A DNA stretch of 64,000 nucleotides from an uncultured Chloroflexia bacterium (GTDB lineage: Bacteria; Chloroflexota; UBA6077; JACCZL01), in assembly GCA_963765765.1 (NCBI GenBank), contig CAVXYC010000015.1:224001-288000 (forward strand). The letters are read 5' to 3'. Of the stretch, positions 11,289 through 21,122 are shown piece after piece. A program made the translations under genes and the position numbers. Under the pieces are notes generated by a model. It did not search any database. It was not told the DNA's origin and worked only from the letters and a program-made list of their open reading frames with translations. Each line of letters starts with the position of its first letter. Position 1 is the first letter of the stretch.

Positions 11289-11516
11289 ATGTCCGGTATT
11301 TCTTGGCTCAGGATGCGTGGGCTGGCACCAGCGGCCAAGTCGTTCGTCGTGCGGAATCTATTCGGTCGTCCTCCGTGACATTCCAGTCCGTAACTCTGAC
11401 CGGGCTCCTAACCGCGACGGCCGCTGCTCTGCAGGCCAGGCACGACCCTCGTAAGGTGAAGCCCTCGCCCCATTCCATCTCCATTGCTACGACGGCTCTT
11501 GAGGAGGTGGTGAGAC

Positions 11517-12437
11517 ATGGCTGATCTGCCGCGATTGGGATTCATTGGACTGGGACGGATGGGAGGGCCGATGTGCGATCGGCTTCTCGATGCCGGTTAC
11601 AGCATCACGGTCTACGATCTTCGCGCCGAGTCAACGGAAGGCCCGATCGCGAAGGGCGCGAATGATGTCAGCAGCCCGGCGGAGCTCACAGTCGCGTCTG
11701 ACGTCGTCATAACCATCGTGCCCGACCCGCTGGCTGTCGAGGCAATCATGAACGGTGAAGTTGGTGTGCTCAGCGCGCTGGGCGCCGGGCAAGTCCTTCT
11801 CGAGATGACTACGTCGGCACCGCTGCTCACGCGTCGGATCGCGGCTGATGTCGCGGATCCTGGTGCGCGGATGCTCGATGCTCCAGTGAGCGGTGGGGTC
11901 CGCGGTGCGGAGTCGGGCAAGCTGGTGGTGATGGTTGGTGGTGACGTGGACCTGCTCGAAGAATGCCGCCCGATCTTCGAGCACATTGGCAGCTACATTG
12001 TTCACGCGGGTCCCAATTCGGGCGACGGGCATACAGCGAAGCTCATGAATAATCTGCTCTCGGCGACCGGGCTTCTGGCCTCGGCCGAAGTCTTCGCTCT
12101 CGGCATGCGTGCCGGTCTGGATCCAGAGCGTTTGACCGACATCATCAACCACTCGACGGGAAAGACCTACTCCACAGAAGTCAAGTTTCCTCGCAATATC
12201 TTCACCGGAACGTATAACGCCGGATTCACGGTGGCACAGTACCTGAAGGACGTGAATCTGGCCCAGGACCTCGCCGACGCGCTGCGCGCGCCGATCCCTA
12301 TGGGTGCGCTTGCAAAACAGATCTGGCTGTCTATCATCAGTCGCGAGGGGTCCGATCTCGATCACACCGCCGCGGTGCGCTCAGTCGCCCGTCTAGCGGG
12401 TGTGGACGACGAGTCGTTGACTCCCAACAAGAGCTAA
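11517..12437 (+). CDS. NAD(P)-dependent beta-hydroxyacid dehydrogenase (3-hydroxyisobutyrate dehydrogenase family)
   Basis: FIGLGRMG, LDAPVSGG, AKLMNN, KD motif; strong SD GAGGAGG. Confidence 0.9.
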   Translation: MADLPRLGFIGLGRMGGPMCDRLLDAGYSITVYDLRAESTEGPIAKGANDVSSPAELTVASDVVITIVPDPLAVEAIMNGEVGVLSALGAGQVLLEMTTSAPLLTRRIAADVADPGARMLDAPVSGGVRGAESGKLVVMVGGDVDLLEECRPIFEHIGSYIVHAGPNSGDGHTAKLMNNLLSATGLLASAEVFALGMRAGLDPERLTDIINHSTGKTYSTEVKFPRNIFTGTYNAGFTVAQYLKDVNLAQDLADALRAPIPMGALAKQIWLSIISREGSDLDHTAAVRSVARLAGVDDESLTPNKS

Positions 12438-12702
12438 GTCTCGCGGCGGTTACATCGTGGCCACCCAGCTTCCGAGTCGCTTCTCGTAAGCGCGGTTGCT
12501 CCGCCAAGATTGCGGCTTCGAAAGCACCCCAAGCTCGGAGGCTGGTTGATAGATGTGGTCGCGTTCCGGGTTGCTCGCGAGAAGCACCGCACGCTCACGG
12601 AATACAGTTCTGGTTGGCACTCCGGCGAATTGTGGCACTTCAATAGATTTGCCCTAGGACTCAATTCGGCTCGGCCATCGCCGGTCGGGTTATGGTTAAC
12701 AA

Positions 12703-15700
12703 ATGACTCGTCCCCTCGAGCGATTTCACCCGTCCGTACAGGAGTGGTTTAGAGAGTCGTTCAGCGAGCCCACGCGGGCGCAGGAGCTTGGCTGGCCGGA
12801 GATTCAGGCCGGTAACTCTTCGCTGATCTTCGCCCCAACTGGATCGGGCAAGACGCTCGCGGCGTTCATGACGGCCATTGATCGGCTTATCTTTACACCT
12901 GAGCCTGCGAAGTCGCAGCGTTGTCGGGTGCTGTACGTGTCGCCGCTTAGAGCGCTCGCGGTGGATGTTGAGCGAAATCTGCGTGCGCCACTGATCGGCA
13001 TCACCCGCGTTGCCGATCGCACTGCAGCTCCGTACCGTCGACTGGATGTCGCTATCCGAACGGGTGACACCGCCTCTGTGGATCGAGCACGAATCGCGCG
13101 AACACCACCCGACATGCTCATTACCACGCCTGAGTCACTCTTCCTTATGCTCACGTCGAATGCGCGCTCGGTACTCGCATCGGTGGAAGTGGTCATCGTC
13201 GATGAGATTCACGTTTTGGTTGGAACCAAACGCGGCGCGCACCTGGCGTTGACATTAGAGCGACTGGAGGAGCTTGGCTCAAAGCCGATCCAACGCCTCG
13301 GTCTTTCCGCCACACAGCGGCCCCTCGAAGAGGTTGCACGATACCTTGGCGGCGGTGACGGCTCCGATCCGTGGCGCGCACGACCAGTCAGCATCGTGGA
13401 CGCTGGGGCACGAAAGTCGTTCGACCTTCGAGTGGAGGTGCCCGTTCAGGATATGGCCCGGCTCGGCGAGCCATTGAGTTTTGACGATGAAGAGTTCCCC
13501 GAGGGGCCCGCCGCGGCCGTGCGTCGACGGTCCATCTGGCCGGCGATTCATCCTCGACTGCTGGAGCTGATTCAGCAGCATCGTTCCACTATCGTCTTCG
13601 CCAACAGCCGCCGCCTCTCTGAGCGGCTTGCCGGGGCACTGAACGAGCTTGCTGAGGAGGAGCTCGTTCGCGCGCATCATGGATCGATCGCGCGCGAACA
13701 GCGGCTGGAAATCGAAGATGGACTGAAGGCCGGCCGATTACCGGCCATCATTGCGACCTCGTCCCTAGAGCTCGGAATCGACATGGGCGCGGTGGACCTG
13801 GTGGTGCAGATCGAGACCCCGCCCTCGGTTGCGAGCGGTATGCAGCGCATTGGCCGCGCCAGCCATCAGGTGGAGGCCACGTCTCGCGGTGTCATTTTCC
13901 CCAAATACCGAGGCGACCTGCTGGCCACGGCTGCGATCACGCGGTCCATGATGGATGGAGCCGTGGAGCCGGTCCACGTACCTGCGAACCCGTTGGATGT
14001 GCTGGCGCAGCAGATCGTAGCGATCTGCGCGATGGACGAGCGCCCCGTGGAGGAAGTCTTCGACCTGGTGCGCCGTACTGCATCATTCAGCACATTGCCG
14101 CGGTCGCAATTCGAAGGCGTGCTCGACATGCTCTCCGGTCGGTATCCGTCCGATGACTTTGCTGAACTGCGACCTCGCCTGGTCTGGGACCGAGTGCTGA
14201 ATCGTGTACGCGCTCGCGACGGGGCGAAGAGGTTGGTCATCGCCAACGCCGGGACGATTCCCGATCGTGGGCTCTACGGTGTATTCCTCGCGGGTGCTGA
14301 AGGAACGGGCGGCCATCGTGTCGGCGAGCTCGACGAAGAAATGGTTTTTGAAACCCATCCCGGCGACGTCTTCATTCTGGGGGCCTCGAGCTGGCGTGTC
14401 GTTGACATCACTCGTGACCGCGTACTGGTAGAGCCCGCTCCTGGTGAGCCGGGCCGCATGCCCTTCTGGAAGGGTGACCAGGTTCCGCGCCCCATCCAGC
14501 TTGGTGAGAGTATCGCGCGGCTTACAGCTGAGGTTGGAGCTGCCCCGCCGGATGTGGCGCTAAAGAGGCTTGTGACGGACCACGCTCTCGATCCCAACGC
14601 CGCCGAGAATTTGCTCGCGTACATCGCCGATCAACGTGCATGGGCCGGATATGCGCCCGATCATCAGACCATTGTGGTTGAACGCATGCGCGACGAGCTG
14701 GGTGACTGGCGCGTCTGCATCCTGTCCCCATGGGGCGGACGTGTCAATGCGCCCTGGGCCATGGCGATCCAGGCGCGGTTGCGCACGAGTGAGCAGGTGG
14801 AGGTCTCGACAGTTTGGAGCGATGACGGAATCGTGGTCAGACTTCCCGATCGTGAGAACCCACCCGATGGGATGAGTCTGCTCCCCGATCCGGATGAGAT
14901 CGAACAGCTCGTCGTGCGGGAGCTCGGCGGCACGGCACTCTTTGCCGGCCGATTCAGGGAGGCGGCCGGACGGGCATTGTTGCTCCCGCGCCGTCGCCCA
15001 GGTCAGCGCTCTCCGTTATGGATGCAGCGCAAGCGGTCGGCTGACCTCTTGAATGTGGCCGCTCGATATGGGTCGTTTCCGATGATTCTGGAGACGTTCA
15101 GAGAGTGCTTGCAGGACGTGTTCGACGTGCCTGCTTTCATTGACCTGGTGCGGAAGATAGAACGTCGAGAGATCCGGATTGTCACGGTTGACTCCGAAGG
15201 ACCATCGCCGTTCAGCTCCGCTCTGCTCTTCAACTACGCCGCGAATTACCTCTACGATGGAGACGCGCCCCTTGCCGAGCGGCGGGCTCAGGCGCTCACG
15301 ATTGACTTTGCGCAGCTCCGCGAGCTGCTGGGGGAGGCCCAGCTTCGTGATCTGCTGGATCCCGAGGCGGTAGCGGAAGTTGAGCTCGGTCTCCAGTCGC
15401 TCGTTGGCTCGCGCCGAGCGCGGTCACTCGATGGGCTGCACGACCTGCTACTGCGTCTGGGCGACCTCTCTCGGGATGAGATTCTCGCGCGAACCGACCC
15501 GGAGCTCGATGCCGGCGATCGTCTGGACGACTGGCTGGAGCAGTTGAAGGGTGAGCGCCGAGCTCTCTGCATCACGATTGGCGGCGATGAGCGCTTCGTG
15601 GCCGCGGAAGACGCAGCGCGATACCGAGATGCGCTCGGAGTAGCACTGCCTCTTGGCCTCCCCCAGGCATTCCTTACGTCTTCGGAGCGCCCCCTCCTGG

Positions 15701-17233
15701 ATCTGGTCGCGCGGTATGCCCGCACGCACGGTCCTTTTCAGACGATCGATGTAGCAAACCGGTTTCGTATGGGGGAGGCGACGGTAGTCATGGCGTTGAC
15801 CATGCTTCGCGAAAGCGGACGCCTCCTGGACGGCGAGTTTCGACCCGGGCAATCGGGTCAGGAATGGTGTGATCCCGAGGTGCTGGGCTCCCTCCGGCGC
15901 CGCTCACTTGCGAGGCTGCGCAAGCAGATCGAGCCCGCTTCGCCGGGGGCCTACGCCCGCCTTATTCTCGACTGGCAGGGCGTCACCACCAAAGGTCCCG
16001 GACCTGTTGGTGCTGATGCGCTCCTTGATGTCGTGGAACAGCTTCAAGGAGCGGTGCTTCCGGCTTCTGTGCTCGAGTCGGAGATTCTTCCGGCGCGGTT
16101 GCCGCGATACCAGAGGCGCGACCTCGATGAGCTGTGCGCGGCGGGTGAAGTGATCTGGGTGGGGCGTGGTGCGCTGGGTGAGCGCGATGGGCGAGTGTCC
16201 TTGTACCTGCCAGGAACCTTAGGCCTTCTTTCACCGGCGGACATCGAGCCGCTGGAGGGAGAGCAATTTGATCGAGTGCGCGGCTTCCTTGGTCAGTATG
16301 GCGCCAGCTTTTACCATGATCTGGATCACACCCTGGATGGATTCGTGGGCAGAGAACTGTTGGACACGCTCTGGGCGCTCATTTGGAACGGGGAGATCGT
16401 GAATGACTCGCCTTCCGCGTTGCGCGCCTACCTCACACCACCGCGCCCCCAGACGGGAAGACGAAATCGGCGGCCGCTGGCGTTCAGGTCCCGCCGTCTC
16501 GCGCCGCCGAGCTCGGTGGGGCGTTGGAGTCTTCGTCCGTTGGCAAGGAACGGAGCTACGGTGACAGCGACCGAGCGGGTCGCAGGGCTGGTGGAGCAGC
16601 TTCTGGATCGATACGGGATCCTGACGCGATCGGCCGTTGTCGCTGAAGCGATTCAGGGAGGATTTACTTCCGTTTACTCGGTATTGCGCGCGATGGAGGA
16701 AGCCGGCAAGTTGCGGCGCGGGTATTTCATCGAGGGACTTGGCGGATCTCAATTCGCTCAGCCGCCCGCACTCGATCGTCTTCGATCTCTGCGCGAGGGG
16801 GCTACCGAGCGAGTTGATCTGCGCGCCCTCGTGCTGGCGGCTTCTGACCCCGCAAACCCGTATGGTGGTGTGCTGCCATGGCCCAAATCGTCGGAGGCGC
16901 GTACGCCCTTCAGCCGGGCCGCGGGTGCATACGTGGTTCTATTTGACGGAGAGCTGGTCGGATATATAGGTCGCGGCGAACGCACGATATTGACTGTGCT
17001 TCCCGACTATGAGCCAGGGCGATCCGAAATGCTGCGCGCCATTGGCGCAGGTCTTGCCGCCTGGGCGACTGCGCGAGGGCAGTATCAACCCGGATGGCAA
17101 ACCGTCGACGGGGTGTCAATCATGCAAAGCGCTCTCGGCGCCTACCTGCGCGAGGCAGGGTTTGTCCCGTCTGGCCCCGGCCTTCGCCTCGCGATCCGGC
17201 CGCGCGCCTGCGGCTGTGGGGGAACATGCCTGA
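12703..17233 (+). CDS. lhr: Large helicase-related protein Lhr (long form); probable frameshift near the C-terminus
   Basis: APTGSGKT, DEIH, GLSAT, HHGS, SLELGID, QRIGRA, LAASDPANPYG; the called ORF runs to 17346 but an ATGCCTGA overlap with nei at 17226-17233 suggests the true stop. Confidence 0.9.
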
Positions 17234-18044
17234 GGGGGACACGATCTGGCGCACCGCCGCCACCTTGCGTCCAGCTCTGCTTGGACAGCCGATCACCGCG
17301 TTCAAGTCATCGCTACGTCAGGTTTCAGACGCCGCGGAAACCCTGAGTGTCATCGGGAGTGTGCTGGAGTCTATTGATACCATGGGAAAGCATCTGTTGA
17401 TGCGCTTCTCATCCGGTGCAACCCTTCGCACTCACATGCAAATGACGGGAAGCTGGCACCTCTATCGACTGGGAAGTCGCTGGCAGAAACCCTCGCGCCT
17501 TGCCGTGGTGGTCATAGAGGTCCCGCGAGCGGTGGCCGTTTGTTTCAGCGCGCCGATTGTGGAGCTCCGTGCCACGGCAAATCCCAACTGCCTGGACGGC
17601 GTGCGGCACCTGGGCCCGGATGTGCTGGATCCGTCTTTTGATCTGGAACAGGCGCTGGGCCGATTACGAGATCGTGAGAACGAAGAGATCGCGGTGGCGC
17701 TGCTCGACCAATCGGCGCTTGCCGGCATCGGCAACATATATAAGTCCGAAGTTCTCTTTCTCTCCGGCGTGTCGCCGTTCACGCATGTTCGCGATCTCGA
17801 TGACGTTGCGCTAAAGCGCATCGTCGAGACAGCGGTTCGCCAGATGCGTCGCAATTTGACTACGGACTTGCGTCGAACGACCAGTTCGGACGCGCCTCGC
17901 CGTCATTGGGTGTACGGCCGCACCGGCCGATCGTGCCAGCGCTGCGGGACCACGATTCAGCGACGACTCCAGGGGCTTCAGGCCCGAGCGACGTTCTGGT
18001 GCGCGACGTGCCAGCCGGCTTTAGCGCCTGCACAGACTCCTTAG
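17226..18044 (+). CDS. nei: Fpg/Nei-family DNA glycosylase
   Basis: N-terminal MPEG, GKHLL, H2TH LLDQSALAGIGNIYKSE, zinc finger CQRC...FWCATCQ. Confidence 0.92.
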   Translation: MPEGDTIWRTAATLRPALLGQPITAFKSSLRQVSDAAETLSVIGSVLESIDTMGKHLLMRFSSGATLRTHMQMTGSWHLYRLGSRWQKPSRLAVVVIEVPRAVAVCFSAPIVELRATANPNCLDGVRHLGPDVLDPSFDLEQALGRLRDRENEEIAVALLDQSALAGIGNIYKSEVLFLSGVSPFTHVRDLDDVALKRIVETAVRQMRRNLTTDLRRTTSSDAPRRHWVYGRTGRSCQRCGTTIQRRLQGLQARATFWCATCQPALAPAQTP

Positions 18045-18074
18045 CGCCCTCCCGCGAGAGCGCCCTCCCGCGAG
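18043..18074. repeat. Perfect 16-bp tandem duplication
   Basis: AGCGCCCTCCCGCGAG x2. Confidence 0.9.
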
Positions 18075-18119
18075 CTCTCGGGGCTACGAGGTTGAATGCA
18101 GTTTGCGCCGTCGCTAACT

Positions 18120-18602
18120 TTAGAGCCATCGCCGAACGCGCCGTTTATAGTCCTCGTACTCAGAGCCGTAGGCGTCTTGCAGTGCGGCTTCCTCGAATGC
18201 GATCTGACCACGTGAGAGTATTATTGCGAACACTAACGGACTGAGCAGCGTCGGAATCGAGCCGCGAATCAAGCCAGTGCCGAGCAGGATGAGCATGCTC
18301 CCCGCGTACATCGGATTTCGCGATAGGGCGTAGGGACCATCAGAAACGAATCCCGATGGCTGATGCCAGGGGCTGGGACTCACATCACGTTTCTTGAAAT
18401 GCAGGAATCCCCAAACGCTCATACCAATGCCCGCCGCGATTGCCCCAACGCCGATAGGCCTGATCCAGCGAGGCAGAATCCGTTTTGGACCAAAAACGCG
18501 ATCCAGAACATAGGCGGCAAGGCCCGTAAGCCCGGCGATTGCCGGGGGCGGCATGACGGGCGCGGCTGGATCGCGACTACTGAAGGAATGCGCATGGGAC
18601 AT
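18120..18602 (-). CDS. Isoprenylcysteine carboxyl methyltransferase-family membrane protein
   Basis: GPYALSRNPMY, EEAALQDAYGSEYEDYKRRVRRWL. Confidence 0.88.
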   Translation of the reverse strand: MSHAHSFSSRDPAAPVMPPPAIAGLTGLAAYVLDRVFGPKRILPRWIRPIGVGAIAAGIGMSVWGFLHFKKRDVSPSPWHQPSGFVSDGPYALSRNPMYAGSMLILLGTGLIRGSIPTLLSPLVFAIILSRGQIAFEEAALQDAYGSEYEDYKRRVRRWL

Positions 18603-18759
18603 ATGGATGGCTTCTTTCAACGGTCGGTCTATCCATTCAGACGCTGACGAAGGTGACGGATTGCGATCGTGGGGCCCTGTCTTCAGCCGAACGATCAACT
18701 AGGCAAGTAGCAATGGAACGCTCGATTCGGGGATTGTATGATTCATCCCAATCTATCTC

Positions 18760-19356
18760 ATGTCTGATCAACTCCCAGAGTCCCCCAGGGTCGCGGTCAC
18801 ACACTGGCAGTCTCGTTGGGGATACTCTGTGACAACCTCCCTCTATTCAATTGAGGGTCAGCGAGTCATTGTTCTCCAACACGGTAGTGTCTCGCCAGAT
18901 GGCGCGCCGCTCGTACGGATTCATAGCGCCTGCATTACCAGCGAGTCACTCGGCTCCCTGCGATGTGACTGTGAGCAACAGCTCGATTCGTCAATGGAGC
19001 TCATTGGTCTCGAAGGGGCAGGGCTCCTCCTTTATTTTCCGGATCACGAGGGACGGGGGATTGGCCTGGAAGACAAGCTGCTGGCTTACGCACTTCAAGA
19101 TGAAGGCCACGATACCACGTCGGCAAATCTGGCACTGGGTCATCCCGCTGATGCTCGCAATTATGCGCCGGCATCGCGAATTCTCACACTGCTTGGCGTC
19201 ACCAGGGTCCGACTGCTCACCAACAATCCGATGAAGATCGACACGCTCATTGAAGCCGGGCTTTCTGTTGAGCGATTGCCACTGTGGGTTGATGCATCAC
19301 CGGAGGCAGAGAGCTACCTGCGCCATAAGCGTGCGGCGATGGCACATCTGGACTAG
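18760..19356 (+). CDS. ribA: Stand-alone GTP cyclohydrolase II
   Basis: VRIHSACITSESLGSLRCDC (three Zn cysteines), [19 protein letters not shown]. Confidence 0.9.
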   Translation: MSDQLPESPRVAVTHWQSRWGYSVTTSLYSIEGQRVIVLQHGSVSPDGAPLVRIHSACITSESLGSLRCDCEQQLDSSMELIGLEGAGLLLYFPDHEGRGIGLEDKLLAYALQDEGHDTTSANLALGHPADARNYAPASRILTLLGVTRVRLLTNNPMKIDTLIEAGLSVERLPLWVDASPEAESYLRHKRAAMAHLD

Positions 19357-19365
19357 GGTTACGGA

Positions 19366-19591
19366 TTGCGGGCGATTCACATCCCGGGGCGCGGTATGCT
19401 CCATCGCGCTCCCATCACCCATGTTGCGTTCTCGAGACTCAGTGGTGAGCTAGCGACGAGCTCCTACGATGGGACAACGGTTGTGTGGCGGGCGTCGGCG
19501 GACGGCGAGCTGAAGCTTAGAGCTCGATTGAAACATCGTCGCCTGGTGTAGTGACGAAATCCCAACTATCCAGGTGCTCCCCATCGCATGG
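19366..19591 (+). pseudogene. Truncated WD40-repeat gene remnant
   Basis: HRAPITHVAFS...LATSSYDGTTVVW is one WD40 repeat; a second begins HRRLV and is broken by stop codons shortly before the IS. Confidence 0.6.
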
Positions 19592-20831
19592 CAGGGTCTT
19601 TTCGTTGTTCGATTGTGACGATGGGGCCACGAAGGAAGGAGAGTCGAGCGGCGTAGGCTGGGGATCTCCCCTCTAGCGAGGTGGGGAATTCTCCGGGAGG
19701 GGACGCATGGACGCGGCCATTCCATCGTTACTCGAAGCCTTGGCCCCGGTGCCGGATTCACGCCATCGCCGCGGCTGCCGGTACTCCGTGGCGACGATCT
19801 TGACGTTCGCCGTGTGCGCCATGGTGTCGGGGGCCCGCAGCTTGTATGCGATCGCCCAGTGGGGGCGGGATCAGGGCTCGGCCGAGATCCGCGGGGCGTT
19901 CGGCATCACCCGGGCCACCACCCCGAGCGTGGCGACGGTGTTTCGGGTCTTTCGCGATCTCGACCGCGACGCCTTCGAACGGGTGCTGGCCGAGTGGGCC
20001 CGCGTCCAGGGGGCCGTTTCCACGGGGGCGGTGGCGCTGGACGGCAAGCACCTCCGCGGGATCCACGGCGAACAGATTCCGGGCGTGTATCTGGTGGCCG
20101 CCTTCGCGCATCGGGATGGGCAGGTGCTGGGCCAAAAAGGGGGACGCTGAAGGAGCACGAGCTCCGCCTGGCGGAGGCGCTGCTGGCCGATCTCGACCTC
20201 CACGGCGTCACGGTCACCGGTGACGCCCAATTTTGCCAGCGCGCCCTGAGTCATCAGGTGGTCGCGGCGGGCGGCGCGTATTTCTGGGCGGTCAAAGACA
20301 ACCAGCACCGGCTCTGGAAGCGTTGGTGGCGCTGTTTACCCTGGAGCCCCCACCCGGTGTGATGTTCGCTCGGGCGGTGCAGCGCGGCCTGCACGGCGAT
20401 CGGCAGGAAGAGCGCACGCTGCGGACCTCGACGCTCCTGAACGACTACCTCGATTGGCCGCATGTGGCTCAGGTCTGCACCATTGAACGGGTCGTCACGC
20501 GGCACGGGCGGACCACCCGGGAAGCCGGGTATGCGCTAACGAGTCTCCACCCGGATCAGGCCGACGCCACCAGCCTGGCCGCCCTTTGGCGGGGCCATTG
20601 GGGCATCGAGAATCTGTTTGCATTGGGTGCGCGACGTCACCTTCGATGAAGATCGCAGCCAGATTCGCACGGGCCATGCGCCCCAGGTCGTGGCCGCCCT
20701 GCGCAATACCGCCATCGGGATCCTGCGCCGCGCCGGCCATACCAACATCGCGGCGGCACTGCGCACCTATGCCGCCAGGCTGCTCGCCATATTGGCGCTC
20801 ACCGGACTCACGTGACAATGAAAAGACCCTG
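19592..20831 (+). mobile_element. ISAs1-family insertion sequence, 1240 bp
   Basis: IRs CAGGGTCTTTTCGTTGT (19592-19608) and ACAATGAAAAGACCCTG (20815-20831), 16/17 match; 10-bp direct repeat CATCGCATGG at 19582-19591 and 20832-20841. Confidence 0.95.
19707..20815 (+). CDS. ISAs1 DDE transposase split over four frames
   Basis: [53 protein letters not shown] motifs in successive frames. Confidence 0.9.
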
Positions 20832-20849
20832 CATCGCATGGGATCAAGC

Positions 20850-20878
20850 TTGACCATGAACGTCAAGAATCCTATAGT
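20850..20878 (+). promoter_or_regulatory. Sigma70-type promoter of the rib operon
   Basis: TTGACC-17 bp-TATAGT about 20 bp upstream of the riboswitch. Confidence 0.7.
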
Positions 20879-20899
20879 AGAATCACAAAACAATAACTG

Positions 20900-21060
20900 A
20901 TGTCCTTCAGGGCAGGGTGAGTTTGCGAAAGCAATCAATTCCCGACCGGCGGTAACGCTTACATCGCGTGAGCGGAGCCCGCGAGCCTTCAACATACGTT
21001 GTTGGCAGATCCGGTTTAATTCCGGAGCCGACGGTACAGTCCGGATGGGAGAAGGCACAT
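20900..21060 (+). ncRNA. FMN riboswitch (RFN element)
   Basis: CAGGGCAGGGTGA...AATTCCCGACCGGCGGT...AGCCCGCGAGC...GCAGATCCGGT..AATTCCGGAGCCGACGGTACAGTCCGGATGGGAGAAG, directly upstream of ribD. Confidence 0.96.
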
Positions 21061-21070
21061 GGTCCGCTCT

Positions 21071-21106
21071 GGCAACAGGCCGCCTTGTGTCTGGTTGCCT
21101 TTTTTG
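21071..21106 (+). terminator. Riboswitch expression-platform terminator
   Basis: GGCAACAGGC...GTCTGGTTGCC stem followed by TTTTTTG. Confidence 0.75.
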
Positions 21107-21122
21107 TTGGGGCGGAGGCCAC

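Noticed and set aside
12439-12582. Structured region as SRP RNA, 6S RNA or tRNA
   Set aside because: No SRP helix-8 motif, no large central bubble and no T-loop or CCA; kept only as an unassigned structure
17234-17346. Cys-rich Lhr extension overlapping nei
   Set aside because: Better explained by a one-base error; another frame ends in an ATGCCTGA coupling
18120-18602. Methyltransferase as ToxA of a toxoflavin cluster
   Set aside because: It is an ICMT-family membrane enzyme, not a soluble class I methyltransferase like ToxA
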